Assembly (NCBI GenBank): GCA_963816355.1 | Contig: CAWFKH010000003.1 | Coordinates: 448,001 to 512,000 of the forward strand | Source of the DNA: an uncultured Gemmatimonadales bacterium | GTDB lineage: Bacteria > Gemmatimonadota > Gemmatimonadetes > Longimicrobiales > RSA9 | Reading direction: 5' to 3' | DNA length: 64,000 nt | Part shown: piece by piece, positions 23,081 through 34,367 of the stretch | Layout of the letters: each line of letters begins with the position of its first letter | How positions within the stretch are numbered: the first letter of the stretch is position 1 | Made by a program: the position numbers and the translations under genes | The notes under the pieces: model-generated | Seen by the model: only the letters and a program-made list of their open reading frames with translations | Databases searched by the model: none | What the model was told of the DNA's origin: nothing

Positions 23081-23854
23081 ATGGCGGCAGGCAGGCTGTC
23101 GTTCCGTCTGGGTGAACGCGTGCGGCGCCGCGTCGACGTCGCGACCGCCGCGGCGCAGCAGGCGCTGCTGGAGACGCACGCCAGGCACGGCCTCGAACTG
23201 GTCCGGCTCCTCGCGGACCGCATCCCGTTCGACGACGCCGTCGAACGCTACATCGAGGAGATGGGACTCGCCGGCACCCTCGCCGCGACCGTTCACACCC
23301 GCGTCCTCGCCGGCCTCGAGCAGGTGGAGCGTGCCGCCGACGACGCCGCCGCCGCACGCTCCGCCGCCGCCGCCGCCGCTGCCGCCGCGCTCGAGGCCGG
23401 CGAGGAGGAGCGCCCCGAGGACGCCGCCACGGCGGAGGACGCCGCCACGGCGAGGGAGGCCGCCGCGCCGGCGGAGGGCGCGGAGGCCCCCGCGGCGGGC
23501 CCGCCCGCGCCGGCCGCGGCCGCCCGGCCGGTGCGCGATGGGCTGCGCCGCTTCCGCCCCGCCGTCGTCGTGCGCGACATCCGCCGCCGGCAGCAGCGGC
23601 ACGAGGAAACGGAGCGGATCTTCCAGCTCGCGCTGGCGCGGGCGGAGGAGGCGGTGATCGTGACGCACATCGAGAATGCGCTCGACTTCGTCGCCCTTTT
23701 GGACGACCAGCTCCCGCTCGAGCGCTGCGTCGAGCAGTATCTCGGCGAGGTCGGCATGGGCGGCTGCCGCGCCCAGACGGTGCTGCAGCGGGTGATGTGC
23801 CGCGTGGCCGACGCGCAGCTTCCGGCGCTGGGTGCGGACGTTTCACCCGGTTGA
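23081..23854 (+). CDS. Hypothetical protein with two internal 59-aa repeats
   Basis: ATG after GGGAG; gapless internal duplication (see findings). Confidence 0.8.
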   Translation: MAAGRLSFRLGERVRRRVDVATAAAQQALLETHARHGLELVRLLADRIPFDDAVERYIEEMGLAGTLAATVHTRVLAGLEQVERAADDAAAARSAAAAAAAAALEAGEEERPEDAATAEDAATAREAAAPAEGAEAPAAGPPAPAAAARPVRDGLRRFRPAVVVRDIRRRQQRHEETERIFQLALARAEEAVIVTHIENALDFVALLDDQLPLERCVEQYLGEVGMGGCRAQTVLQRVMCRVADAQLPALGADVSPG

Positions 23855-23880
23855 CATCGATCCGAGCCTTCCCCTAGTTT
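23851..23880 (+). promoter_or_regulatory. Sigma70-type promoter for prs-rplY-pth
   Basis: TTGACA-N18-TAGTTT. Confidence 0.6.
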
Positions 23881-23928
23881 CTCGGGCTGTCATTCGAGCG
23901 AGAACCCGTTGCGGCGGACGCGCAGCCG

Positions 23929-24879
23929 ATGCCAGACCACCAGTTCAGAGGGCCGCTCCTGTTGCTGTCCGGTACCGCGAACCGGCCGCTCTCCGAGGAG
24001 ATTGCGCAGGAGCTCGGGATGCCGTTGGGCGACGTCACGCTCAAGCGCTTCTCCGACGGCGAGATCTTCGTTCGGATCAACCAGAACGTGCGGGGCGGCG
24101 ATGTTTTCGTGCTGCAGCCGACGCCGCCGCCGGGCGACAACTTCATGGAGCTGCTGCTGCTCGTGGATGCGGCGCGGCGGGCGTCGGCGGAGCGCGTGAC
24201 GGTGGTGATGCCGTACTACGGCTACGCGCGGCAGGACCGCAAGGATCAGCCGCGCGTGGCGATCGGCGCGAAGCTGGTGGCGAACATGATCGAGGCGGCC
24301 GGCGCCGACCGGGTGCTCGGCATGGATTTCCACGCGCACCAGTTGCAGGGCTTCTTCGACATCCCGGTGGACCACCTGTACGCCGCGCCGGTCCTGACGG
24401 GCCATTTCCAGCCCATGGGCCTGCAGGACCTGGTGGTCGTGGCGCCGGACGTGGGCGCGGCGAAGATGGCGCGTGGCTTCTCGCGCCGGTTGAACGCGAC
24501 GTTCGCGATCATCGACAAGCGGCGCCCGGTGCCGAACGTGGCGGAGGTGATCAGCGTGGTGGGCGAGGTCGCGGGGCGGCCGTGCCTGATCGTGGACGAC
24601 CTGATCGACACCGCCGGTACGCTCGAGAGCGTGGTGAACGCGCTGAAGGAGCGCGGCGCGTCGGAGATCTACGCGGCGGCGACGCATGCGCTCTTCTCAG
24701 GGCCGGCGGTGGAACGGCTGCAGCGTTCGCCGGTGCGGGAGGTGGTGGTGACGAACACGCTGGACCTGCCGCAGGAGAAGCGGTTCGACAAGCTGCGCGT
24801 GCTGTCGATCGCCGGGCTGCTGGCGAGGGCGGTCCGCTACACGCATTCACACGAATCGGTCAGTCAGCTCTTCGACTGA
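23929..24879 (+). CDS. prs: Ribose-phosphate pyrophosphokinase
   Basis: FSDGE, PYYGYARQDRK, APDVG, VDDLIDTAGT. Confidence 0.98.
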   Translation: MPDHQFRGPLLLLSGTANRPLSEEIAQELGMPLGDVTLKRFSDGEIFVRINQNVRGGDVFVLQPTPPPGDNFMELLLLVDAARRASAERVTVVMPYYGYARQDRKDQPRVAIGAKLVANMIEAAGADRVLGMDFHAHQLQGFFDIPVDHLYAAPVLTGHFQPMGLQDLVVVAPDVGAAKMARGFSRRLNATFAIIDKRRPVPNVAEVISVVGEVAGRPCLIVDDLIDTAGTLESVVNALKERGASEIYAAATHALFSGPAVERLQRSPVREVVVTNTLDLPQEKRFDKLRVLSIAGLLARAVRYTHSHESVSQLFD

Positions 24880-24891
24880 GGAGAGAAGGTC

Positions 24892-25590
24892 ATGGCGAAC
24901 ACGGCTTCCATCACGGCGGCACCGCGCGAGGCGGGGGGCAAGGGCGCGGCGCGGCGCCTCAGGCGCGAGGGGCGCATCCCCGCCGTCCTCTACGGCCACG
25001 GCGAGGAGACGCGGGCGCTGTCGGTCGACGCGCACGAGCTCGAGGTGCTCTTCTCGCACATCTCGGTGGAGAACACGGTCATCGAGGTCGCGATCGAGGG
25101 CGGCAAGGCGAAGAAGGCGGCGCCGGTGCGCGCGCTCGTGCGTGAGGTGCAGACGCACCCGTACCGGCAGCAGATCCTGCACGTGGACTTCTATCAGCTC
25201 CACGCCGGCGTGAAGGTCGATGTCGAGGTCCCGATCCGCCTCGTCGGCGCCGCCGCGGGGGTGAAGGCGGGCGGCGTGCTGCAGCAGCAGCTGCACGAGA
25301 TCGCCGTGAGCTGCCTGCCGGAGTCGATCCCGGACCACATCGACGTCGACGTGTCGGCGCTGGACGTGAACGAGTCGATCCACGTGCGCGATCTGACGCT
25401 CGGCGAAGGGATCGACGTCGAGACCGAGGGCGATCGCACGGTGTGCGCGGTGCTGCCGCCGACGGTGCAGCCGGTCGAGGAGCCGGAGGCGCTGGAGCTC
25501 GAGGGTGTGGGCGGCGAGGTCGAGCCGGAGCTGGTGCGGCGTCGCGGCGCCGAGGCGGAGGAAGAGGAGGAGGAGGAAGGCGGCGAGTGA
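24892..25590 (+). CDS. rplY: 50S ribosomal protein bL25 (Ctc long form)
   Basis: RRLRREGRIPAVLYG, HVDFY, C-terminal beta domain and acidic tail. Confidence 0.96.
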   Translation: MANTASITAAPREAGGKGAARRLRREGRIPAVLYGHGEETRALSVDAHELEVLFSHISVENTVIEVAIEGGKAKKAAPVRALVREVQTHPYRQQILHVDFYQLHAGVKVDVEVPIRLVGAAAGVKAGGVLQQQLHEIAVSCLPESIPDHIDVDVSALDVNESIHVRDLTLGEGIDVETEGDRTVCAVLPPTVQPVEEPEALELEGVGGEVEPELVRRRGAEAEEEEEEEGGE

Positions 25591-26147
25591 AGCTCGTCTG
25601 CGGGCTCGGCAATCCCGGCCCGGAGTACGACGACACGCGTCACAACGTAGGCTGGTGGGTGGTCGATCGCCTTGCGCTCGACGCGGGCACGGGGCCGTTC
25701 CACCTGGAGGCCTCCGCCCTCGTCGCGCGGGCCGCCCGCCCGCCGGACGTGGACTTCGCGAAGCCGCTGACGTACGTGAACCGCAGCGGCGCGGCGGTCG
25801 CGGCCCTGCTGGCGGCGCGCGCGCTGGACCCGACCGCGGACCTGCTCGTCGTGGTCGACGACGTAGCGCTCGACGTCGGCCGTCTGCGGCTGCGGCCGGG
25901 TGGCAGCGCGGGCGGACACAACGGGCTGCGCTCGATCGAAGCGGTGCTGGGAACGCAGGAGTACGCGCGGCTGCGCGTGGGTGTGGGCGCACCGCCACCC
26001 GGCGTCGAGCTGGCGGAGTGGGTCCTCTCCCCCTTTCCCGAAGCCGACGAGGAACGCATTCTGGCGCTCCTGCTCGACGCGGCGGGGGCGGTACGGACGT
26101 GGATCGAGGAGGGCGCCGAGGCGGCGATGAGCCGCCACAACCGCTAG
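25587..26147 (+). CDS. pth: Peptidyl-tRNA hydrolase
   Basis: GLGNPG, TRHNVG, KPLTYVNRSG, GGHNG; GTGA overlap. Confidence 0.96.
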   Translation: MKLVCGLGNPGPEYDDTRHNVGWWVVDRLALDAGTGPFHLEASALVARAARPPDVDFAKPLTYVNRSGAAVAALLAARALDPTADLLVVVDDVALDVGRLRLRPGGSAGGHNGLRSIEAVLGTQEYARLRVGVGAPPPGVELAEWVLSPFPEADEERILALLLDAAGAVRTWIEEGAEAAMSRHNR

Positions 26148-26201
26148 CGGATCCCCGCCAGCCGCGGCGCCACAGCACACAACGAAAAAACGGAGGCTTC
26201 T

Positions 26202-28349
<2,148 letters not shown>

Positions 28350-28358
28350 CGACGGCCG

Positions 28359-29549
28359 ATGGCGGACCTCTCCTTCGAGCGGGCGATCGCCTTCGCGGCG
28401 GACCTGATCCGCGTCCCCGGCGCGCCGGGACGTGAAGGCGACGTCGCCGAGCGCCTTCTGCGAGAGCTCCGCACGCTCGGTTACGACGAGGTCCGCGTCG
28501 ACGACGTCGGCAACGTCATCGGCGTCGTGCGCGGCACCGGCCACGCGCCGGCCGTGATGCTGAGTTGCCACCTCGACGTGGTGGACGCGGGCGAGCCGGA
28601 GGAGTGGGAGCACCCGCCCTACGGCGGCGATCTCGCGGACGGCTTCCTGCACGGCCGCGGCGCCATGGACATCAAGGGGCCGCTCGCCCTGCAGACCTAC
28701 GCCGCCGCCGCCTTCCTCGAGCGGCGCCTCGCCGGCGACGTGATCGTCGCCCACACGGTGCTCGAGGAGCGCGGCGGTTGGGGCATGGAGCACCTGCTCG
28801 AGCACACCCGCCTGCGGCCCGGCGCCGTCGTCATCGGCGAGGCCACGGGACTCAATGTGTGCGTCGGCCACCGCGGCCGCGCGGAGCTGATCGTCGAGCT
28901 GCACGGCCTCGCCGGCCACGCCAGCGCGCCGGCACGCGCCCGCAACGCGCTCGACCTGCTGCCGCGCGTGCTCCCCGCCCTGCAGGAGTTCGCCGCTCGG
29001 CTGCCGTCCGATCCGGTCCTCGGCGCTTCCTCGCTCGTGGCGACCGGCGTCGACGCCTCGCCCTCCAGCCCGAACGTCATCCCCGACGTCGCCCGCGTCG
29101 TGGTCGACTGGCGCGTCCTCCCCGACATGACGCGCGAGGCGGTGTTGTCGGACCTCCGCGCGTGGCTGCGCCAGGCGGTCGCCGTGCCCGACGGCTGGAG
29201 CCTCGACGTCCACTTCTCCCGGGAGCGGCAGCACACCTACACCGGCCGCGAGGAAGAGCGCTCGCTCTTCACGCCCGGTTTCCTGCTCGACGCCGCGCAC
29301 CCGGTCGCACGCGCCGCCGCCGCGGCCGTGACCGCGACCACGCGGCGCGACGTGAGGGTCCGGCCGTGGACGTTCGCCACCGACGGCGGCCACACCTGCG
29401 GCGTCCACGGCATCCCGACGATCGGCTTTGCGCCCGGCGAGGAGTGCTACGCCCACACCAACACCGAACGGCTCGACCTCGAGGAGGCCGCCGTCGCCTA
29501 TCGTGCCTATCCCGCGCTGGTCGAAGCGGTGATGGGCGTCCTCGCCTGA
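28359..29549 (+). CDS. M20 family metallo-hydrolase (ArgE/DapE/YgeY-like)
   Basis: [22 protein letters not shown]-terminal AH. Confidence 0.88.
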   Translation: MADLSFERAIAFAADLIRVPGAPGREGDVAERLLRELRTLGYDEVRVDDVGNVIGVVRGTGHAPAVMLSCHLDVVDAGEPEEWEHPPYGGDLADGFLHGRGAMDIKGPLALQTYAAAAFLERRLAGDVIVAHTVLEERGGWGMEHLLEHTRLRPGAVVIGEATGLNVCVGHRGRAELIVELHGLAGHASAPARARNALDLLPRVLPALQEFAARLPSDPVLGASSLVATGVDASPSSPNVIPDVARVVVDWRVLPDMTREAVLSDLRAWLRQAVAVPDGWSLDVHFSRERQHTYTGREEERSLFTPGFLLDAAHPVARAAAAAVTATTRRDVRVRPWTFATDGGHTCGVHGIPTIGFAPGEECYAHTNTERLDLEEAAVAYRAYPALVEAVMGVLA

Positions 29550-29600
29550 GCCGCTCCGGCGAGCCGCTTTCGCGCCACGTCCGCTTCTTCCGCTGAACCG

Positions 29601-30710
29601 ATGCCCAATCTGAGACTCGGAATCGTCGGCCTCCCCAACGTCGGGAAGTCGACCCTCTTCAATGCGTTGACCGCCGCGCGCGCCGCGGCGGAGAACTACC
29701 CGTTCTGCACGGTCGAACCCAACGTCGGCGTCGTCCAGGTGCCCGACGCCCGCGTCGACCTGCTCGTCGAGAAGGTGCGCCCCCGCAGCACCGTCTATGC
29801 GACCGTCACGTTCCTCGACATCGCCGGCCTGGTGGAGGGCGCAAGCCAGGGCGAGGGCCTGGGCAACCAGTTCCTCGGCAACATCCGCGAGGTCGACGCG
29901 ATCTGCCACGTCGTGCGCTGCTTCGAGGACCCCGACGTGGCGCACGTGCTCGGCGCGGTGGACGCCGTGCGGGATCGCGACATCATCCACACGGAGCTCG
30001 CGCTCGCGGACCTGCAGACCGTCGAGCGGCGCCTGGAGCGCGTCGAGAAGGTGGCGCGCAGCGGCGAGCGCGAGGCGCAGGTGGAGGCGGCGCTCCTCGG
30101 CCGGCTGCAGGCGCTGCTCTCAGAAGGGCGCCCCGCTCGCAGCCTGCAGATCGCCGGCGAGGAGGAGGGCCGCCTCTTCCGGCAGCTCCACCTGCTCACC
30201 GCCAAGCCGGAGCTCTACGTCGCCAACGTCGCCGAAGACGACCTGCCGGACGGTGAGAACGAGCACGTTCGCGCCCTCCGCGCCGCGATCGAGCGCGACG
30301 CCGAGCCGGCCGAGGTCGTCTCGCTGTCCGCGCGCATCGAGGCGGAGCTGATCGCGCTCGATGCCGCCGAGCGAGGCGAGTACCTGGAAGCGATGGGCCT
30401 CGAGGAGCCGGGGTTGAATCGTCTCATCCGCGCGGGCTATCACCTCCTCGGCCTGATCAGCTTCTTCACCGCCGGCGAGAAGGAGGTGCGCGCCTGGACG
30501 ATCCGCCACGGCAGCCGCGCCCCGCAGGCCGCCGGCGAGATCCACTCCGACTTCGAGCGCGGCTTCATCCGTGCCGAGACCCTCGCCTGGGACGACTTCG
30601 TCCGCTCCGGCTCGCAGAAGGAGGCTCGCGAGCAGGGCCTCGTGCGCAGCGAGGGGAAGGAGTACGTCGTGCAGGACGGCGACATCCTGCTGTTCCGTTT
30701 CAACGTCTGA
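29601..30710 (+). CDS. ychF: Redox-regulated ATPase YchF
   Basis: GLPNVGKST, NYPFCT, DIAGLV, EGLGNQFL, IHSDFERGFIRAE. Confidence 0.98.
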   Translation: MPNLRLGIVGLPNVGKSTLFNALTAARAAAENYPFCTVEPNVGVVQVPDARVDLLVEKVRPRSTVYATVTFLDIAGLVEGASQGEGLGNQFLGNIREVDAICHVVRCFEDPDVAHVLGAVDAVRDRDIIHTELALADLQTVERRLERVEKVARSGEREAQVEAALLGRLQALLSEGRPARSLQIAGEEEGRLFRQLHLLTAKPELYVANVAEDDLPDGENEHVRALRAAIERDAEPAEVVSLSARIEAELIALDAAERGEYLEAMGLEEPGLNRLIRAGYHLLGLISFFTAGEKEVRAWTIRHGSRAPQAAGEIHSDFERGFIRAETLAWDDFVRSGSQKEAREQGLVRSEGKEYVVQDGDILLFRFNV

Positions 30711-30838
30711 GCCCCATTGGCGCACGGGCCGCCCCAGCCGTGCTGGAACACCAGCATTGACCGCGGGCCGGCGCGACGCGCATACATGGGTCCATCAATC
30801 TTCCCAAATACACAACACATTTTCATCAGGAGGCCGCA

Positions 30839-31366
30839 GTGAGGCACCTCACGCGCAGGCTTATGGCATTCAGTATCCTCGTGGCCGGGACCGTGTGCGT
30901 CGCCGCGCCGGCGTCCGCTCAGGCAGGCGGGCAGCAGACGCCCCCGTCTCAGCGCTACGTGACGGTGACGACGTTCGACGTGCCGTACCAGGATCGAGCG
31001 AAAGTCCTCCCGTTCATTCGGGAGTACGTGATCCCGGCGATGCAGCTGAACCCGAAGACGATCAACTTCCGCGTGATGCTCCACAACTGGGGGTCGGACG
31101 CATCACAGGTCGCGCTCGTGTCGGAATTCGCTTCGTTCGCCGACATCGAATCCGAGTGCGGCAAGCCGTGCGACGACTACTACGCACAGCACCCGAACCC
31201 GAAGGAAGGCGATCCGAAGTTCGCGGCGTTCACGGAAGCTTCGAATCTCTTCTCCCGCTACTACGCCAACCACCGCGACGAGATCTACAATGCGGGGATG
31301 GGGACCGCGAAGGTGGAAGGGCGGATGGTCGGCACCGTCGGTCCCGCGCCGTCCGGCGGCGAGTAG
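30839..31366 (+). CDS. Secreted hypothetical protein (possible dimeric alpha-beta barrel)
   Basis: GTG after AGGAGG; signal peptide ending ASA-Q; HNWG and HRDEIY. Confidence 0.75.
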   Translation: MRHLTRRLMAFSILVAGTVCVAAPASAQAGGQQTPPSQRYVTVTTFDVPYQDRAKVLPFIREYVIPAMQLNPKTINFRVMLHNWGSDASQVALVSEFASFADIESECGKPCDDYYAQHPNPKEGDPKFAAFTEASNLFSRYYANHRDEIYNAGMGTAKVEGRMVGTVGPAPSGGE

Positions 31367-31451
31367 GCGAGGGCGGCAGGGAGGGGACCGGTAGCGGCGC
31401 CGGGCCGGCCGCTGACCGAAGCGTCCCGTGACGACTTCCAAGGGACGACGT

Positions 31452-31489
31452 GGACGAAGCCCCGCGGCGGCCACCGCGGGGCTTCGTCC
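31452..31489. terminator. Hairpin between convergent genes (likely bidirectional terminator)
   Basis: GGACGAAGCCCCGCGG / CCGCGGGGCTTCGTCC 16-bp stem, 6-nt loop. Confidence 0.65.
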
Positions 31490-31537
31490 GTACGTCCGCG
31501 TTCGTCCGGACCGCCCGGCGCGGCGCCGGACGCGGCT

Positions 31538-32029
31538 TCACCCCTTCGATTCGGGCGGCAACAGCGTGAACATCTGTGAACGGATCCGCCACGCGCCGCT
31601 GTGGTGCATGAAGATGATCACGTAGACCCCGTTTCGCGCGCCGGTCCCCTCCGGCGGGTTCAACGTGAACCGGCCGAGCAGTGCGGCCATGTTCCCGCTC
31701 GTCTCGAAGTCCCCGAAGCTCGTCGTCAGCGTGTTTCCCATCAGCTCCTGCGCCACCTCCGCCGTGATCTCCGACGGACCGGTCGCCTGCTTCCCTTCCG
31801 GGCCGTAGTACTTCGCGTCCTCGGTATAGAGATCGGGCAGCGCGCTCGTGTCGCCGTGGCTCACCGCTTCCGTCCACTTCGTGAGCGTCCCCGACGCCGC
31901 CTGCAGCACCGACGCGACGTAGCGGCTGCGCTCCGTCATGGCATCGTTTTTTGGGACGGGAAGGATCTGGGCTGAGGCTGCGACCGGCGTGGCCAGGGAC
32001 AGGGCGATTAGGAGGCTCAGCAGTCGCAT
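31538..32029 (-). CDS. Secreted NTF2-like (DUF4440/YybH-like) protein
   Basis: Signal peptide MRLLSLL...ASAQ; LYTEDA...G..EI, G.YVII...GAWRI pattern. Confidence 0.78.
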   Translation of the reverse strand: MRLLSLLIALSLATPVAASAQILPVPKNDAMTERSRYVASVLQAASGTLTKWTEAVSHGDTSALPDLYTEDAKYYGPEGKQATGPSEITAEVAQELMGNTLTTSFGDFETSGNMAALLGRFTLNPPEGTGARNGVYVIIFMHHSGAWRIRSQMFTLLPPESKG

Positions 32030-32403
32030 TCGTGTCGTCCTGAATTGGTTATGTCCATGTCCGGCCCGACTATAAGGGCGGTCCACCGTGCCCACAACTG
32101 AGGCGTTCGTGCGCGCCCGACTCGCGGCCGCGGCCCGCTCTTTATTGAACGCGGCTGCCCGGCCGAGGTTCCACCCCGGCCGGCATGCGGAAAGATGTGT
32201 TCACCGCTCCGCAAGATGTAGCGACACCGGAGTAGGTCACGAGGCGTCGGTTTTCTGACACGCCCGTGCGGAATCGGGACTCCGGGCCGCATGCACCGGG
32301 CACGGGCCGAGCCGCTTCGGCGCGGCCCGCAATGTGCCACGAAGTGGGCAAAACGCGGGAGCCCAGGGCCGCTTTCAGACCGAGTGCCTACCCGGAGGCA
32401 GGA

Positions 32404-33777
32404 ATGAAAGGGTCCGATCCGATCTCGACGGCCGTCGCGCCGTTGGATGTTCGAACCTTCGACGACACCGAACCGCCCCGAACCGCCCCGTCGCGATCGA
32501 TGAGGCGCTTCGCGACGTCGTTTCGGCGCGCGTGCGCGGGGCGCCTGCGGCGCCTGGGTCGCTCCGAGCGCGGCAGCGTCCTCGTCCTCGTGGCCCTGAC
32601 CGGCAGCGTGATCGTCGCCTTCGCCGCGCTGGCGATCGACGTCGGCATGCTCATGACGGCCCGTGACGAGGCGCAGCGGGCGGCGGACGCGGCGGCGCTC
32701 GCGGGCGCGAGCGCTTTTCTCGACACGCCCTCCCAGTTCGCGGTCGACCCGGCGAAGGAGCGGGCGCGGCTGAACCTCGGCCAGAACACCGTCCGCAACG
32801 CACCGATCGACACCGCCGTCCTCGCCTCGACAGCGGAGGTCGACTCGCTGCAGGAGGCGGTCGTCGAGGCGATTCCGTCTCAGTATCGCGTACGCGTGAC
32901 GGTGCGTCGCCCGCTGCTGCAGCTCTGGTTCGCCCGCATCTTCGGCGTCGACGCGTGGGGCGTGAGCGCCACGGCGACCGCCGAGGCGACCGACGCCGGT
33001 GCGGCCGACTGCGTCAAGCCGTTCGCGGTCCCGGACGCCTGGTACGACGCGAACGAGGACACGAACCTCAACCACGTCTGGGATCCGGGCGAGGCGTGGG
33101 TCTTCGGTGACTCTCCGGGCGACCGCTACGAACAGGCGCTCTCCGACGGCAGCAACTCCGCTTCCGCCACCGGCTACGGCAGCGACTTCCGCTCCGACTA
33201 CGTCAGCGACTTCGGCCGCGAGGTCACCCTCAAGGTGACCGATCCGAACGACGTGCAGCAGATGGCGCCCTCGATCTTCCTGCCGTGGCGCATGCCGAAC
33301 GACCCCAACATGGCGAAGTGCCAGCTTCCGGCGGGCGGCAAGAATGATCCGGGTGCCGCTTCCTACCGCCTGAACATCTGCTCGTGCAACACGAACCCGA
33401 TCATCATCGGCCAGCCGTATCAGGTCGAGACCGGAGACATGAAGGGGCCGACCTTCCAGGGCGTGCGTGAGCTGATCGCCGATGATCCCGACGCCACCTG
33501 GGACGCCGACCACAACCAGGTCGTCAATTCCCTCTGGGGCGACCGCTGGCGGCTCAGCCCCCGCGTCATCAAGGTCGGCGTCTTCGATCCGGGCGAGGTC
33601 GACAGCTCCGGCATGCAGACGCTCGTCTTCAACAACATCGCGCTCTTCTTCCTCGAGGGCCAGCAGAGCTCGAACTCCCCCGTTATCGGGCGCTTCCTCT
33701 ACTACGCCCAGGGCATCCCCGGCCCGAACGGGATCGCCACCGGATCGCTGCTGAAGCGCTTGCGCCTGGTGCACTGA
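32404..33777 (+). CDS. TadG-like Flp pilus assembly protein
   Basis: ERGSVLVLVAL prepilin-like site, ALAIDVG...AQRAADAAALAGA; start uncertain (alternative 32500). Confidence 0.8.
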   Translation: MKGSDPISTAVAPLDVRTFDDTEPPRTAPSRSMRRFATSFRRACAGRLRRLGRSERGSVLVLVALTGSVIVAFAALAIDVGMLMTARDEAQRAADAAALAGASAFLDTPSQFAVDPAKERARLNLGQNTVRNAPIDTAVLASTAEVDSLQEAVVEAIPSQYRVRVTVRRPLLQLWFARIFGVDAWGVSATATAEATDAGAADCVKPFAVPDAWYDANEDTNLNHVWDPGEAWVFGDSPGDRYEQALSDGSNSASATGYGSDFRSDYVSDFGREVTLKVTDPNDVQQMAPSIFLPWRMPNDPNMAKCQLPAGGKNDPGAASYRLNICSCNTNPIIIGQPYQVETGDMKGPTFQGVRELIADDPDATWDADHNQVVNSLWGDRWRLSPRVIKVGVFDPGEVDSSGMQTLVFNNIALFFLEGQQSSNSPVIGRFLYYAQGIPGPNGIATGSLLKRLRLVH

Positions 33778-33800
33778 CGCACGCCGGCGCGCGCCCCGCA

Positions 33801-33870
33801 TGGACCGGGCGCGCGCCTCGCGTGGACCGGGCGCGCGCCGGCGCGTAGGCCGGGCGGGCGCCTCTCGCGC
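33801..33870. repeat. Degenerate tandem repeat, about 22-25 bp x3
   Basis: TGGACCGGGCGCGCGCC at 33801 and 33823, TAGGCCGGGCGGGCGCC at 33846. Confidence 0.7.
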
Positions 33871-33894
33871 GTAGTGGGTCAGCTGACCCACTAC
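33871..33894. repeat. Perfect 24-bp palindrome
   Basis: GTAGTGGGTCAG|CTGACCCACTAC. Confidence 0.95.
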
Positions 33895-33910
33895 CCTCTC
33901 GCCGGCCCCC

Positions 33911-33939
33911 TTGTTCGGGGCCGGCGTTCGCGTTAGTCT
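33911..33939 (+). promoter_or_regulatory. Sigma70-type promoter for the rpsF operon
   Basis: TTGTTC-N17-TAGTCT. Confidence 0.55.
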
Positions 33940-33952
33940 TCCATGCTCTACA

Positions 33953-34002
33953 GACTCCTGCCTCGTCCGTGCGGCGAGGCCACTTACGTGACCATGGGAG
34001 GC
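33953..34002 (+). promoter_or_regulatory. Probable S6:S18 autoregulatory leader RNA
   Basis: CTCC (33955) can pair with SD GGAG (33997), enclosing GCCTCG/CGAGGC and CAC-TTAC-GTG hairpins; immediately 5' of rpsF. Confidence 0.6.
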
Positions 34003-34005
34003 ACG

Positions 34006-34365
34006 GTGAGAGAGTACGAGATCGTCTACATCTTCGACTCGACGCTTCCGGAGGAGGCGATCGGGGACAAGCTCGAGCGCTACCACGCGCTTCTCACCGA
34101 GCCCGAAGGCGCGGAGGTCACCGCGGTGGACGCCTGGGGCAAGCGGCAGCTCGCCTACCCGATCCGCAAGAAGCCGAATGGATTCTACGTGGTTTCGCAG
34201 CTCCACACGGACGTCGATCTGCTGCCGGAGTTCGAGCGCGCCCTGAAGCTCGACGACGAGGTGCTCCGCTACCTGATCGTGCTGCACGAAGGGGAGCCGA
34301 CGGCGCCGATGTCGATCGCGACGCGGGAATCGCGCGAGGACGACGACGATCGCGAGGAGGACTAG
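34006..34365 (+). CDS. rpsF: 30S ribosomal protein bS6
   Basis: [28 protein letters not shown] after GGAGG. Confidence 0.97.
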   Translation: MREYEIVYIFDSTLPEEAIGDKLERYHALLTEPEGAEVTAVDAWGKRQLAYPIRKKPNGFYVVSQLHTDVDLLPEFERALKLDDEVLRYLIVLHEGEPTAPMSIATRESREDDDDREED

Positions 34366-34367
34366 CG

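Noticed and set aside
32255..32315. Sigma54 promoter before the TadG-like gene
   Set aside because: Candidates (TGACAC..., GGGCACG...GAGC) miss the conserved GG or have a poor -12 element
33784..33870. CRISPR-like appearance of short repeats (also 61437-61485)
   Set aside because: Repeats are directly tandem with no unique spacers, only 2-3 copies, and there are no cas genes
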